Sequence record: NC_049849.1
Length of the DNA stretch: 64,000 nt
Direction: 5' to 3' (one strand)
Shown here: positions 27,848 through 36,488 of the stretch, one piece after another
How the letters are laid out: every line of letters starts with the position of its first letter
Numbering within the stretch: the stretch's first letter is position 1
Program-made: the position numbers and the translations under genes
The notes under the pieces: generated by a model
What the model saw: the letters and a program-made list of their open reading frames with translations, nothing else
What the model was told of the DNA's origin: nothing
Database searches by the model: none

Positions 27848-30582
27848 TAGAATGTACCTCTATCGAAAGTCAAAGTTTGCAAGAACACTTTGGTCACTGC
27901 GTCGTCATCGTTCACCGGCTGCGCGAGATTGGTGATTGCACTGCCGCCCATGTTGATTGCGCCTTGCATCGTACCGCCCTCAATGGGCAGTGCGTCAACG
28001 TCATCAGCTGCGAGTTCGAGATTGCCCGCACCGTCAGGAGCAACACCGTTGATGGTTTGAATGCCACCGCCACCACCTGAGCCACCACCGGTAGAGCTAA
28101 CAGTGATAACGCCATCCTGTAGATCAACGAGGGTGTTGGTGCCGCCAACGATACGACGAATCAACGCAGTGTTGCCCGTACCTTGACCCGAGTCAGACAC
28201 CAGAGATACAGCACCCGTGGTAGTCGCAGCATCATTCTGAACCGCAATCACGCCCTGCTGAATTGCTGAGCTGAGAGTGATGGTGTTCGAACCCAAGTCG
28301 GTAACGAGGTCGATGCCGCCTTGTGCCTGCAGCGTCACGTCACCCTGAATTGCGTTGACTGCGTTGACACCAGAAGTAACTGTGCCAGCGAATCTGAAGA
28401 TCAACGAGTCAGAGCCCGAAGCCGTAATGTCGATGCCGTCGCCTACAAAGTTCAGAGCGCCTTGCAAAGTGTTGACCGACGCCACACCACCAACCATGTT
28501 CGACGACAGGGTGATGGTCTTCGTCACCGGGTTGTTGTTCACGGCCACGCCAGTGCCTGCTGCGACCTTCACCGAACCCGTCATCGAGTTCAAGTCCGTC
28601 ACCGAAGCTGCTGCACCGAGCGACGTAATCGTTATGTTCTGACCAGTCGTGTCAACGCCAATGCCCGTACCAGCTTGAATGGTAACAGCACCCTTCGCAG
28701 CATTGAGGCTTGTAACCGGATCGACAAGATTGCGGAACTCAAAGCCGCCGGCCACTGGTTGAATGTCGATGCCGACACCCGAGAACGTCAGCGGACCAGA
28801 CTGGCCGTTGATGCTTTCGACACCAGAAGTCGCCGTGGAGTTGAACGTCAGGATGCCTGCCGTCAAATCCATAGTGATGCCGGTGCCTGCCTTCAAAGCC
28901 GCAAGCACTCCATTCGGATTGTTCACCAACGAGAACGCATCCGTGCCCGTCACCGAGGACAACGCAAGGACTCCGCTGTTAGTGATCGTCACTTCAGTAG
29001 CATTGGCCGACATGGACATGCCAGTGCCAGCTACAATCGACTTCACGCCGCCGGCCACCGTAGTCGATACCAGAGTGTTGCCGGTCGTACCTACGTTGGT
29101 CAACGCGCCAAGCTTCGTACCCAGAGCATCATCAAGGCCTTCCAAGTGCGTGACCAGCGGAGCCTTAGCAGCGCCCGTGTAATTCACGCCTGCGCGAGTG
29201 ACCAGAGTGTCTACGTCGAACGCAGACTTAACGCCAATGTCGTCACCGTTCAGCACGTCCGAGTCAAGATTGCGCGTCGTGTTAAACAGCTGGTAGTCGC
29301 AGTCGCCCGTCTTGTTGATGTAGGACAGGCCGCCCGACGTATCAAGCGCCACGTTAGCCAGAGACAAGAAACCGCCAGCAGCCTTCGTTGCCGAACTGTT
29401 GATAGCAGCCACGCCCGGGCTGGTTCCTATCCTGGCAATCTGATCCAGGAACAGTCGACCGTTCGTATGATTCACTGCCGAGAAGGAATCACACTCCATG
29501 CCGTAGACAGTACCGCCGTTGACTTCGAGGCTGAACTGACCGCTGGTCTCTTGGAACTTGAGAGTGCCGCCATTGTGCTGCAGGCGAGGATTCAGCACAC
29601 CCATCAAGTTAAAGAATTCAATCACGCCGGTGGTTGCTACGTCACTGGTATAAGCAATCTGCGTATTGTTCGCAAACGTCGTGAAGTTTCGAAGCTGTAT
29701 GTTGCCAGTGTAACCTTGAGCGCGAATCTGTGCACCCGTGGCTTGAGCAGCCAAGTCCAAGCCATCAAGCACAACATCTTGACCGCCAGTAATCGTAACC
29801 GAGCCGTTAAGAACCGCGCCGGGAGAGAAGCGCATGTGGAACTTGATATCGCCAACGCGAATCGACTCGGCGTACGTTGCATTGGTAACCAACACCAACG
29901 TGTCGGTAGTAATCGCGGCCAGAGCTGCCGTAATCGTTTTGAACGGCTGACTCCAGCTGCCGTTACCCAATATTGCGTCGCCCTTCGGATCAACGAAGAA
30001 CGTATTGCTGGGAGTGAACGCACCGCCGACGATTGAAGGATCAACCGACAGCTGACCATTCGAGTCAACCAACAGGCCGCCGCCGGACTCAACCGACACC
30101 AAGCCTACTTCAGTGGTAGTGGCGTTGGGAATCTCAACGTTGCCTTCAGCATCAGGCAGCTGGTTGTTGACGGACTTGACCGTACCAGCGCCCGAGCCTT
30201 TCTCAGTGATGACAATCCACACATCATTAGAGCTGGCAGGCACCTCGGTAGCCGTTGCGGACACGTCGATGCCTGCGCGATATGCCATCGAGTCTTCAGG
30301 AATCGCGACCGGAGCTGCGAGCTGGAAGTACAACGAGATATCGTAGTTGCCCTTTATGACCAGCGAGATTAGCTTCTGGTCAACTGCAAACACATAGCGG
30401 GTATCATTGAAGAAGTACAGACCTTGCTGTGCCTGACCCTCATCCGCCGAAAGCACCACTGCGCTATCTAGGTTACCGTACTGCAACGGCAACGAAGTGA
30501 CGAAGGGCGCATAGAGTTGTTGTTGGCTTGTACCCCGGTAGATATCCAGGGGCAAATAAAAACGCGATTCAATCTGTGGCAT
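27847..30582 (-). CDS. long fibre protein with beta-helix domain and many V.S[LV]N...G.V repeats
   Basis: FFVDPKGD..GNGSWSQPFKTI followed by a beta-helix-like region; VESING, VTSLNA, VTDLNS, VASVNT, VNAVNA, IQTING repeats. Confidence 0.8.
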   Translation of the reverse strand: MPQIESRFYLPLDIYRGTSQQQLYAPFVTSLPLQYGNLDSAVVLSADEGQAQQGLYFFNDTRYVFAVDQKLISLVIKGNYDISLYFQLAAPVAIPEDSMAYRAGIDVSATATEVPASSNDVWIVITEKGSGAGTVKSVNNQLPDAEGNVEIPNATTTEVGLVSVESGGGLLVDSNGQLSVDPSIVGGAFTPSNTFFVDPKGDAILGNGSWSQPFKTITAALAAITTDTLVLVTNATYAESIRVGDIKFHMRFSPGAVLNGSVTITGGQDVVLDGLDLAAQATGAQIRAQGYTGNIQLRNFTTFANNTQIAYTSDVATTGVIEFFNLMGVLNPRLQHNGGTLKFQETSGQFSLEVNGGTVYGMECDSFSAVNHTNGRLFLDQIARIGTSPGVAAINSSATKAAGGFLSLANVALDTSGGLSYINKTGDCDYQLFNTTRNLDSDVLNGDDIGVKSAFDVDTLVTRAGVNYTGAAKAPLVTHLEGLDDALGTKLGALTNVGTTGNTLVSTTVAGGVKSIVAGTGMSMSANATEVTITNSGVLALSSVTGTDAFSLVNNPNGVLAALKAGTGITMDLTAGILTFNSTATSGVESINGQSGPLTFSGVGIDIQPVAGGFEFRNLVDPVTSLNAAKGAVTIQAGTGIGVDTTGQNITITSLGAAASVTDLNSMTGSVKVAAGTGVAVNNNPVTKTITLSSNMVGGVASVNTLQGALNFVGDGIDITASGSDSLIFRFAGTVTSGVNAVNAIQGDVTLQAQGGIDLVTDLGSNTITLSSAIQQGVIAVQNDAATTTGAVSLVSDSGQGTGNTALIRRIVGGTNTLVDLQDGVITVSSTGGGSGGGGGIQTINGVAPDGAGNLELAADDVDALPIEGGTMQGAINMGGSAITNLAQPVNDDDAVTKVFLQTLTFDRGTF

Positions 30583-30602
30583 AGCGCCCTCTAAACGGCA
30601 AG

Positions 30603-30630
30603 AGGGGCCATCTGGTTAAGGATGGCCCCT
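30603..30630. terminator. 10-bp GC-rich hairpin downstream of the endolysin
   Basis: AGGGGCCATC/GATGGCCCCT; U-tract is weak. Confidence 0.5.
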
Positions 30631-30635
30631 ACAAA

Positions 30636-31286
30636 TTAGAAAATGGAGTTAGCACGCTTGAGATACGGCAAGCGATCGCTCACCACATCAGCCAGGCGCT
30701 GACCAGAGGCTCCATTGATTCGTTGAGTGCACTTCGTGAACTCGTCACGGTCGGCCAACTCGTTCAAGCCGTTGTCACGCCAGAAAGCTGCAAAGGTCAA
30801 GCAGCCAATCTTGTACTCAGCAACTTGTGCGGGACTTTCCACAAGGCGCATGTCATTGAACAACTGCTTGGAGTATTTCTCGTACGCCGCTTTGCCAGTC
30901 AGATGACCAGCGCCACGACCTTTGTATTTCAGACCGTCACCGGGCTCGTTGTTGCCCATGCGACCGCCGTACACGGCTTCGGCCAGCTTCAGTTCATTCT
31001 TGACGAAGTCGGCTGCATTCTGCTTTCCAGCAACAGGAGTGCCGACATAGAAACGCGACGGCCATACTGCAACAATGCGAGCAGGCGTCGTGTAATACAG
31101 AGACTCTTCCCACTTGGTGAAGTTCTGCGTCTCGGCAGCACACTGAGCCATGAAGTAACGAATGCGGCGACGCTTCACTTGAGACTCATCGAGAATCGAG
31201 TACTCAAGCATGGCTGCGTTCAACGCATCGCACAGCTCTTGGTTCGCAGCCGTGGTAAAGCTTCGTAGTTGTTCCAGGGTAATCAT
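30636..31286 (-). CDS. endolysin, glycoside hydrolase family 19
   Basis: RYFMAQCAAETQNF, GGRMGN.EPGDGLKYKGRG, FWRDNGLNELAD, TQRING; follows the holin. Confidence 0.9.
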   Translation of the reverse strand: MITLEQLRSFTTAANQELCDALNAAMLEYSILDESQVKRRRIRYFMAQCAAETQNFTKWEESLYYTTPARIVAVWPSRFYVGTPVAGKQNAADFVKNELKLAEAVYGGRMGNNEPGDGLKYKGRGAGHLTGKAAYEKYSKQLFNDMRLVESPAQVAEYKIGCLTFAAFWRDNGLNELADRDEFTKCTQRINGASGQRLADVVSDRLPYLKRANSIF

Positions 31287-31765
31287 CGAACCTCCACGAT
31301 TCCAAAGTTAACAGGTAAGTCTGCACGCTTGATCGGATTCAAGTCGTAAGTGATCGTTCCTTTGATGTAGTAACGACCGGGTGGCAACGTCTTAGGAAAT
31401 TCCAAGGAACTTATGTAAGCCGCCTGATTGTTAAACACGATATCAGGGAAGCGGTACACAACGTTATTCTCTGCGTCCAGGACCCAGGCTTGGTACACCG
31501 ATGTACCAACGTGCCGATCGAGCATGGCAGGCGTAGGAAGGTAAGTAGTGAAACCTGACTTGACTTCCACACGACTGCCGACGTTCACGGCCTGAATCGT
31601 TGGTTGCTGAATCTGCCAGCTGCCAAAGACTCCGACCGCAGTGAACAGGGAGGCAACAGATACGATGCCTGCCAGTCTATCAACTACGTGGTACGCCGTG
31701 GACAGGAATGGTTCCGGTATCACTTGGCTGCACCACTGATAAATAACGCCCTTGTCATTTGTCAT
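31283..31765 (-). CDS. single-TM periplasmic protein of the lysis cassette (candidate antiholin)
   Basis: One hydrophobic segment (LAGIVSVASLFTAVGVFG) then a beta-rich domain (LPPGRYYIKGTITY..NP); overlaps both neighbours by 4 nt. Confidence 0.5.
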   Translation of the reverse strand: MTNDKGVIYQWCSQVIPEPFLSTAYHVVDRLAGIVSVASLFTAVGVFGSWQIQQPTIQAVNVGSRVEVKSGFTTYLPTPAMLDRHVGTSVYQAWVLDAENNVVYRFPDIVFNNQAAYISSLEFPKTLPPGRYYIKGTITYDLNPIKRADLPVNFGIVEVR

Positions 31766-32142
31766 TTGACCTCTCCCTTAGAGTTTTCCTCACTGGGTTG
31801 CGGTAAATGCGGGGTCGGTGGCGTTCCCGGCATGGGAACTCCGGCCACACGATAAACCTTGATACGCCATAGATGCTCAAGTTCTTTCCAAGCCTTGTTA
31901 CCCATGACTCCAGAAGCTGCGATGAGGATGGCGCTCATCAAACCTCCGACTTTGCCCCATTCGCACAACCAGAAAGTAACGAGCCCAGTGAAGCTGGCAG
32001 TGCAAAGATCAACAAGTAGGGCGAGTAGGTTGAACTTGTTGGTAGTGTTCAAATGACGTACTAGGCCACCAAAACATGAAATGCCGACTACGCTCAAGTA
32101 GGTCATGAGTGAGTAGACGGGCAGTGGATTTTTATCATCCAT
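31762..32142 (-). CDS. holin (LydA-like, superfamily III)
   Basis: Three TM segments; FGGLVRHL...ASFTGLVTFWLCE...AASGVMG pattern. Confidence 0.8.
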   Translation of the reverse strand: MDDKNPLPVYSLMTYLSVVGISCFGGLVRHLNTTNKFNLLALLVDLCTASFTGLVTFWLCEWGKVGGLMSAILIAASGVMGNKAWKELEHLWRIKVYRVAGVPMPGTPPTPHLPQPSEENSKGEVK

Positions 32143-32182
32143 CGTAGCCCCTAGTTAGTGATTCAGCTTGTGGCTGATATCT

Positions 32183-32191
32183 TATGAAATT
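32183..32191 (-). promoter_or_regulatory. AATTT(A/C)ATA motif, putative late promoter of the lysis cassette
   Basis: TATGAAATT on the + strand, about 40 nt upstream of the holin ATG. Confidence 0.55.
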
Positions 32192-32205
32192 GGTCCAGGC
32201 ACTAG

Positions 32206-33144
32206 TCAATACAGGATCGGCATCTTGTAGAGAACGCCTGCGGCACCGCTTCCTAGGTAGAGATTCCCGCCCATTTCTGTAGCATGAGTCACCAAGGAGC
32301 TAGGTATTGCAGGATACTCGTTGATCGTAGAGAAGTCTTTCGTGACCAGTAGAACAGTAGAGTCAACACTGCGCCCATAGATTTTTCCATTAACCGTGAA
32401 CGCACTACGGAATGGCGTGCCGGTAGCAACCAATGGCATGAAGTTCGCGCCGGGTGCTGCTCCATACACATTGCCATTGGTCGCGTCTACCATGTACATC
32501 ATGTTGGTTGTGGAACTGTATACGGGATATCCGTTGTTAGCGACGATAGATGCTTGCAGCGCGCCTTGAGTCCAAGACGAAAGATTCGCCGAGAAGTAGT
32601 AGGTGCTCGACCCGGTGCAGTGTACGTACGCATAGCCACCGCCATAGTTCGACCGGCCTGCACTGAAACCGATAGGAAAGCTACCGGCTGCAGTCCAAGT
32701 AGCTCCAGTAGGAGACGTGTAGCCGACTATTCGATTGGTACTGGTATTGGTCGCAACAAAGCCAAGCAACGTACCAGTGTTGAACATCCAGTTCGAGTTA
32801 AGGTACGGAAGGACGGGCTCTGGAGAACCAGTAGCAAACGTACCGCCTTGGGTTTTCGCTTTATACCGAGCGCGGGTTGCTGGGGGACTCAACACCACAA
32901 CGTTTGTTGCTGTGAGTGCGAAGCACGCGGCGCTGCTGGTTGTACCGAGCAAGGTACTAGTCCAGTTTTGACCCTCGTCCGAAGACTCCCATAGTGCGTA
33001 GTTGGAAGACTGAATGCCAATCACACGCAAGATGCCATCGGTATCACCTTCGATCTGAGAAACTGCAGGAAACGAACCCGTGAGTGTATCCCATACTGGA
33101 GGCGGAGCGCTGTTGTAGAATGAAGCAGTGATGCCTGTTATCAT
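32206..33144 (-). CDS. beta-propeller adhesin-like protein (BNR repeats)
   Basis: Likely start ATG 33144 (MITGITASF); ESSDEGQNW, TSPTGATW, FSANLSSW repeats; follows the long fibre. Confidence 0.7.
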   Translation of the reverse strand: MITGITASFYNSAPPPVWDTLTGSFPAVSQIEGDTDGILRVIGIQSSNYALWESSDEGQNWTSTLLGTTSSAACFALTATNVVVLSPPATRARYKAKTQGGTFATGSPEPVLPYLNSNWMFNTGTLLGFVATNTSTNRIVGYTSPTGATWTAAGSFPIGFSAGRSNYGGGYAYVHCTGSSTYYFSANLSSWTQGALQASIVANNGYPVYSSTTNMMYMVDATNGNVYGAAPGANFMPLVATGTPFRSAFTVNGKIYGRSVDSTVLLVTKDFSTINEYPAIPSSLVTHATEMGGNLYLGSGAAGVLYKMPILY

Positions 33145-33157
33145 TCGATTTCCAATA

Positions 33158-33191
33158 GAGAAAGAGGCTCCAGCTTTTACAGTGGAGCCTC
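33158..33191 (-). terminator. putative intrinsic terminator after the long fibre gene
   Basis: 9-bp stem GAGGCTCCA/TGGAGCCTC followed by UUUCUC on the minus strand. Confidence 0.5.
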
Positions 33192-33197
33192 CTTGAT

Positions 33198-36047
33198 TTA
33201 CGGAGCAGTTACACCGAACAGGTCCCAACCATCAGTGCCAACTTTCTTCAGCGTGACGGTTGCGCCTTCACCTGCCGTGACCAACGAGCCGCCAAACGGA
33301 ATGTTAACCGTCACACCGGATGCAGGAGCAAAGGTGATTGCGCCAGTGCCTCCTTGCCGGAAATGAATTTCAGTTCCAACAGGGAAACCAACCGCAGCGT
33401 TGGTGGGCACCGTGACCGTGACTGCAGAAGCCGTTCTGTAGTACACGCCAGCATCGGACAAGGCGAGTGTTCTGCTGGAAGCAAAGCCCGCCACCGGAGC
33501 GCCATCAACAGCAGTGAGCAGCTTTGCCCAAGCAGACCACACGCCATTAAGCGTTCGAGTGAATCGTCCGCCGTTTATGCCAGGCATCGTAATAAGTTGG
33601 TCAACGTTGCTAGCTGATGCTCGCGTCACCAAGAGGCTGGCCGTTGCGCCGGCGATCGGATAGTTGCGAGCAAGCGTGCTGTTCGCTGGAACAGATTGGC
33701 CGTACAAGCCAGGGACAACTACGGTGTTCAAGTCCACAGTGCCCAGCAGATTGTCAGCGCCCAGGCCGAACGCCTTACCCACGGTCAGAATACGATCTGC
33801 GATATCGTCGTTTGCTGAAGTCTGGATGTTAGCACTCAGCGTGATCGTCTTCGTTCCGGGGTTGGTGACCATGCCCATGCTATTGTTTGCAGCAATAGCA
33901 AGAATTACGTCGCCATCTATGTTGTTGAGAGACGAGACCCCACCCGTGCCGCTGCCGCCTCCGCCACTGAACTTCTTCCACTGACCATTGACCGAAACTG
34001 CAAGGTCGCCAACAGACCAGGACGTGATGCCATCCAGAGCAGTAGTGCCTGCTACCGAGACTTCGTAAACGTGCGACGGTGCCGGAGCAGTGAAGACAAC
34101 GCTGGTATCCAAGTTCGTGTCTTGAATCTCGCCATCGTCTTGCAGAGCGATAGAGTGCGACGTAATCGCACCGAACCCGTCATTCTTATCAACCAGAGCA
34201 ACGTTGGTCGAAGCGTTCCACTGACCTTGCGTGACCCAGGTGCCAGGAGCAGCAGAGTCAGGAGTGATGCGCTTGTAAACGAAATCAGACAGCGCCTCTT
34301 GGCTAGGCGTCGGAGTCGGGACAGGACTCGGGTCTCGCTGCAACGCTGCCACACCACCCTGCATGTTCTTTTCAGAAGTCGGAATGGCGCCAACGTCTGC
34401 GGCAGTCAGAATGATGAACGCATCGCTCTTGCCGTTCACTGCTTGAATCTTGGTGGACAGAACACCAGGTGCAGTGACGCTCAAGCCCGCGCCTACAATC
34501 ACTCCACCCAAGCTGGCCGTGGTTGCAATGGGCAACGAGGACTGACCCACGCGAGTCCACGGACCAAACGTTCCACCGACACGAGTACGCGTTGCCATGT
34601 TGCCTTGCTGCTGCCAACGCTGCTGAATGTCTCCGCTACCGGTTGCATCCAAAGGCGTGACTTCCAGAGTGCCACGACTCATTTCAGCAGCGACGAAAGG
34701 CGCATTCTGCAGCGACTGAGCATCCGCGTTGCTTGCAGTAGTGAACAGGCCAGTCGTAACCGAAGCGTCGAGATTGAATCCATTGGGCAACGGAGTGGGA
34801 TCAATCAAGCCAATGATTGTCACGACGCCAGAGCGACCGTTCACTGACTGCACCATGCCACCAGAGAACGTCAAGTCGCCGTTGGTAGGATTGATCGTCA
34901 AGCCACCGCCCGCAGGAATGCGGACACCGCCGAGCCGCACGTCAGATGCGATAGGCAGCACGTAGTCTTGAGTGTTGACGTTGCCGTTAGCATCAGGTGC
35001 CGTGCCGTTAACCGTGCGCACAGTGCCGGGAATGTCCGCAGCCGTAAGGTCAACGACACCCTGCTTGTCGTTGACCGAAATGACAACGCCGCCAGGAATC
35101 GTCGCAGTGTCTACCGAAGTCAGACCAGTTGCATCAACGGCGAGACCGTCACCGACAATGATGGCACCGAGTTCAGTCGTGGTAGCAATCGGCAGCTCAA
35201 GGTTCGAGTTCGAGTTCGGATTGCGACTGAACAGTCGGAACTTGTCTCCGACGATTGGCAGCAGAGCCATCGGCGTAGCGAACGTCAGAGTGGCCGTGGT
35301 CGGCGACGTGCCAATAGATTGAACGTACCGGCAGAACGAATAGGCTTGGCCGGTCGTGAACTGCAGGATGCGTTGGCCGAAGTAGCCGACAGCAACGTCA
35401 GGCGAGTACTGCGAAATATCGATGGTGACCGAAGTCGGCGTAACCGCAGTGATCGTGTACTCAGTCGTGCCCGTCGAGTATTGATAGGCATCGAAGTTCC
35501 ACAACCCATTGCGATCCGTGTAGGCAATGAACGCCGACTGGCCAGAGCTCGCGCCGCTGATGATGTACGCGTTCGGCGTCGCATCCTTCGAGCGCGGCAA
35601 GCGATCAACTGAACCGAATACGCCCATGCGCCACGGGTTGGCCGTGTCTTGCGTGTCGAACCACATAGTGTAGTTCGAGTCGGTCATGGAAAGGTAGGCG
35701 TCAATCTGGATCGAGTTGCCGAGCGTGCCGGCAATCGGTTCCTTGTGGATCGGCACGTCGGCGGCACCCAGGGCGAACAGGTCGCCATTCTGCATGTAGA
35801 GACCGACCTCGCCGAAATCAAACGGACCCAGGTTGTAGTCCAAGTACATGGAATACTTGATGGTATTCGGATCGACTTCAATAGGACTGCTCGGCACGCC
35901 ACTGTAGATTGCCGTACCGTGAATGTTGGTATCCGTAGGTTGCGGAATGTAACCTGAAGCCGAACCCAACGTGAAACTCGTCAGTAAAATCGGGCCCGTA
36001 CCCGCTGCAAGCGCAGCCTGGCCCGCATTCGTAATGGTGATCTGCAC
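33198..36047 (-). CDS. long tail fibre (baseplate-anchoring N-domain, shaft repeats, knobs, C-terminal adaptor)
   Basis: ITITNAG...GPFDFGEVGLY; LPIAT....G.V.VG.GL x3; V.SVNG repeats; knob motifs (DLNTVVVPGLY). Confidence 0.85.
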   Translation of the reverse strand: MQITITNAGQAALAAGTGPILLTSFTLGSASGYIPQPTDTNIHGTAIYSGVPSSPIEVDPNTIKYSMYLDYNLGPFDFGEVGLYMQNGDLFALGAADVPIHKEPIAGTLGNSIQIDAYLSMTDSNYTMWFDTQDTANPWRMGVFGSVDRLPRSKDATPNAYIISGASSGQSAFIAYTDRNGLWNFDAYQYSTGTTEYTITAVTPTSVTIDISQYSPDVAVGYFGQRILQFTTGQAYSFCRYVQSIGTSPTTATLTFATPMALLPIVGDKFRLFSRNPNSNSNLELPIATTTELGAIIVGDGLAVDATGLTSVDTATIPGGVVISVNDKQGVVDLTAADIPGTVRTVNGTAPDANGNVNTQDYVLPIASDVRLGGVRIPAGGGLTINPTNGDLTFSGGMVQSVNGRSGVVTIIGLIDPTPLPNGFNLDASVTTGLFTTASNADAQSLQNAPFVAAEMSRGTLEVTPLDATGSGDIQQRWQQQGNMATRTRVGGTFGPWTRVGQSSLPIATTASLGGVIVGAGLSVTAPGVLSTKIQAVNGKSDAFIILTAADVGAIPTSEKNMQGGVAALQRDPSPVPTPTPSQEALSDFVYKRITPDSAAPGTWVTQGQWNASTNVALVDKNDGFGAITSHSIALQDDGEIQDTNLDTSVVFTAPAPSHVYEVSVAGTTALDGITSWSVGDLAVSVNGQWKKFSGGGGSGTGGVSSLNNIDGDVILAIAANNSMGMVTNPGTKTITLSANIQTSANDDIADRILTVGKAFGLGADNLLGTVDLNTVVVPGLYGQSVPANSTLARNYPIAGATASLLVTRASASNVDQLITMPGINGGRFTRTLNGVWSAWAKLLTAVDGAPVAGFASSRTLALSDAGVYYRTASAVTVTVPTNAAVGFPVGTEIHFRQGGTGAITFAPASGVTVNIPFGGSLVTAGEGATVTLKKVGTDGWDLFGVTAP

Positions 36048-36071
36048 TGTAACTCTCCTTCGAGGGGATCA

Positions 36072-36080
36072 TATGAAATT
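36072..36080 (-). promoter_or_regulatory. AATTT(A/C)ATA motif, putative late promoter of the fibre operon
   Basis: TATGAAATT on the + strand, followed on the minus strand by an AGGAG RBS and the GTG start at 36047. Confidence 0.55.
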
Positions 36081-36488
36081 GCAGTTCAGCTTGTTTTTCA
36101 GTAGGTACAAAAGTAGAGTAGGAAAAGAAAAGTAGAGCGAAGCTGGGTCGCGTAGAGGTCGGCGTAGCGAAGCGGAGACGAACCTCAAGGCATGTTGAGC
36201 GGATACCTTCACACACGCCCACGCTGAGTACCGCAGGGAAGATTGCTGTCTGCCTACGTCTTACCAGTTTGTGTGGGTTCTGCTCCTCTTACTTTTGAAG
36301 AAAGAATACCTCGCTTCGCTTCGGTATTCGTTTGTCTACTTTTTCTTTGACTTCGGATTTTGTTTGTCATCGAGATTAGACTGAATTCCATAATAGATAG
36401 ATTTTCTATGGGTGCTGGCTTTTCGTGATGACAAACAAAATTCCGTAAATACACGGTGTGCAAATCCTGATTTCACCTACAGACTACA
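36081..36488. other. structured divergent intergenic region, candidate replication origin/control region
   Basis: Perfect 14-bp inverted repeat (36358-36371 / 36427-36440); near-perfect inverted repeat (36124-36136 / 36335-36348); AGCGAAGC x2 plus one inverted copy; 7-bp hairpin 36304-36329. Confidence 0.45.
36444..36451 (+). promoter_or_regulatory. CGTAAATA motif, putative middle/early promoter
   Basis: 37 nt upstream of ATG 36489. Confidence 0.5.

Noticed and set aside
18492-30036. Long + strand ORFs (18492-19598, 23668-24915, 25632-26465, 28321-30036)
   Set aside because: Arg-rich antisense shadows of Thr/Gly/Val-rich fibre genes; no RBS or domain signal.
32206-33228. ORF-track start at 33228 for the propeller gene
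   Set aside because: It would overlap the fibre stop and span a terminator-like hairpin; ATG 33144 is more plausible.
15094-36047. Diversity-generating retroelement or invertible fibre cassette
   Set aside because: No reverse transcriptase or site-specific recombinase, no adenine-specific TR/VR pair, and no inverted crossover sites noticed; shared modules are diverged at the DNA level.
36081-36488. tRNA genes in intergenic regions (also 1434-1642)
   Set aside because: No cloverleaf with a T-loop GTTCRA and matching acceptor stem found by eye; tRNAscan-SE/ARAGORN would settle it.
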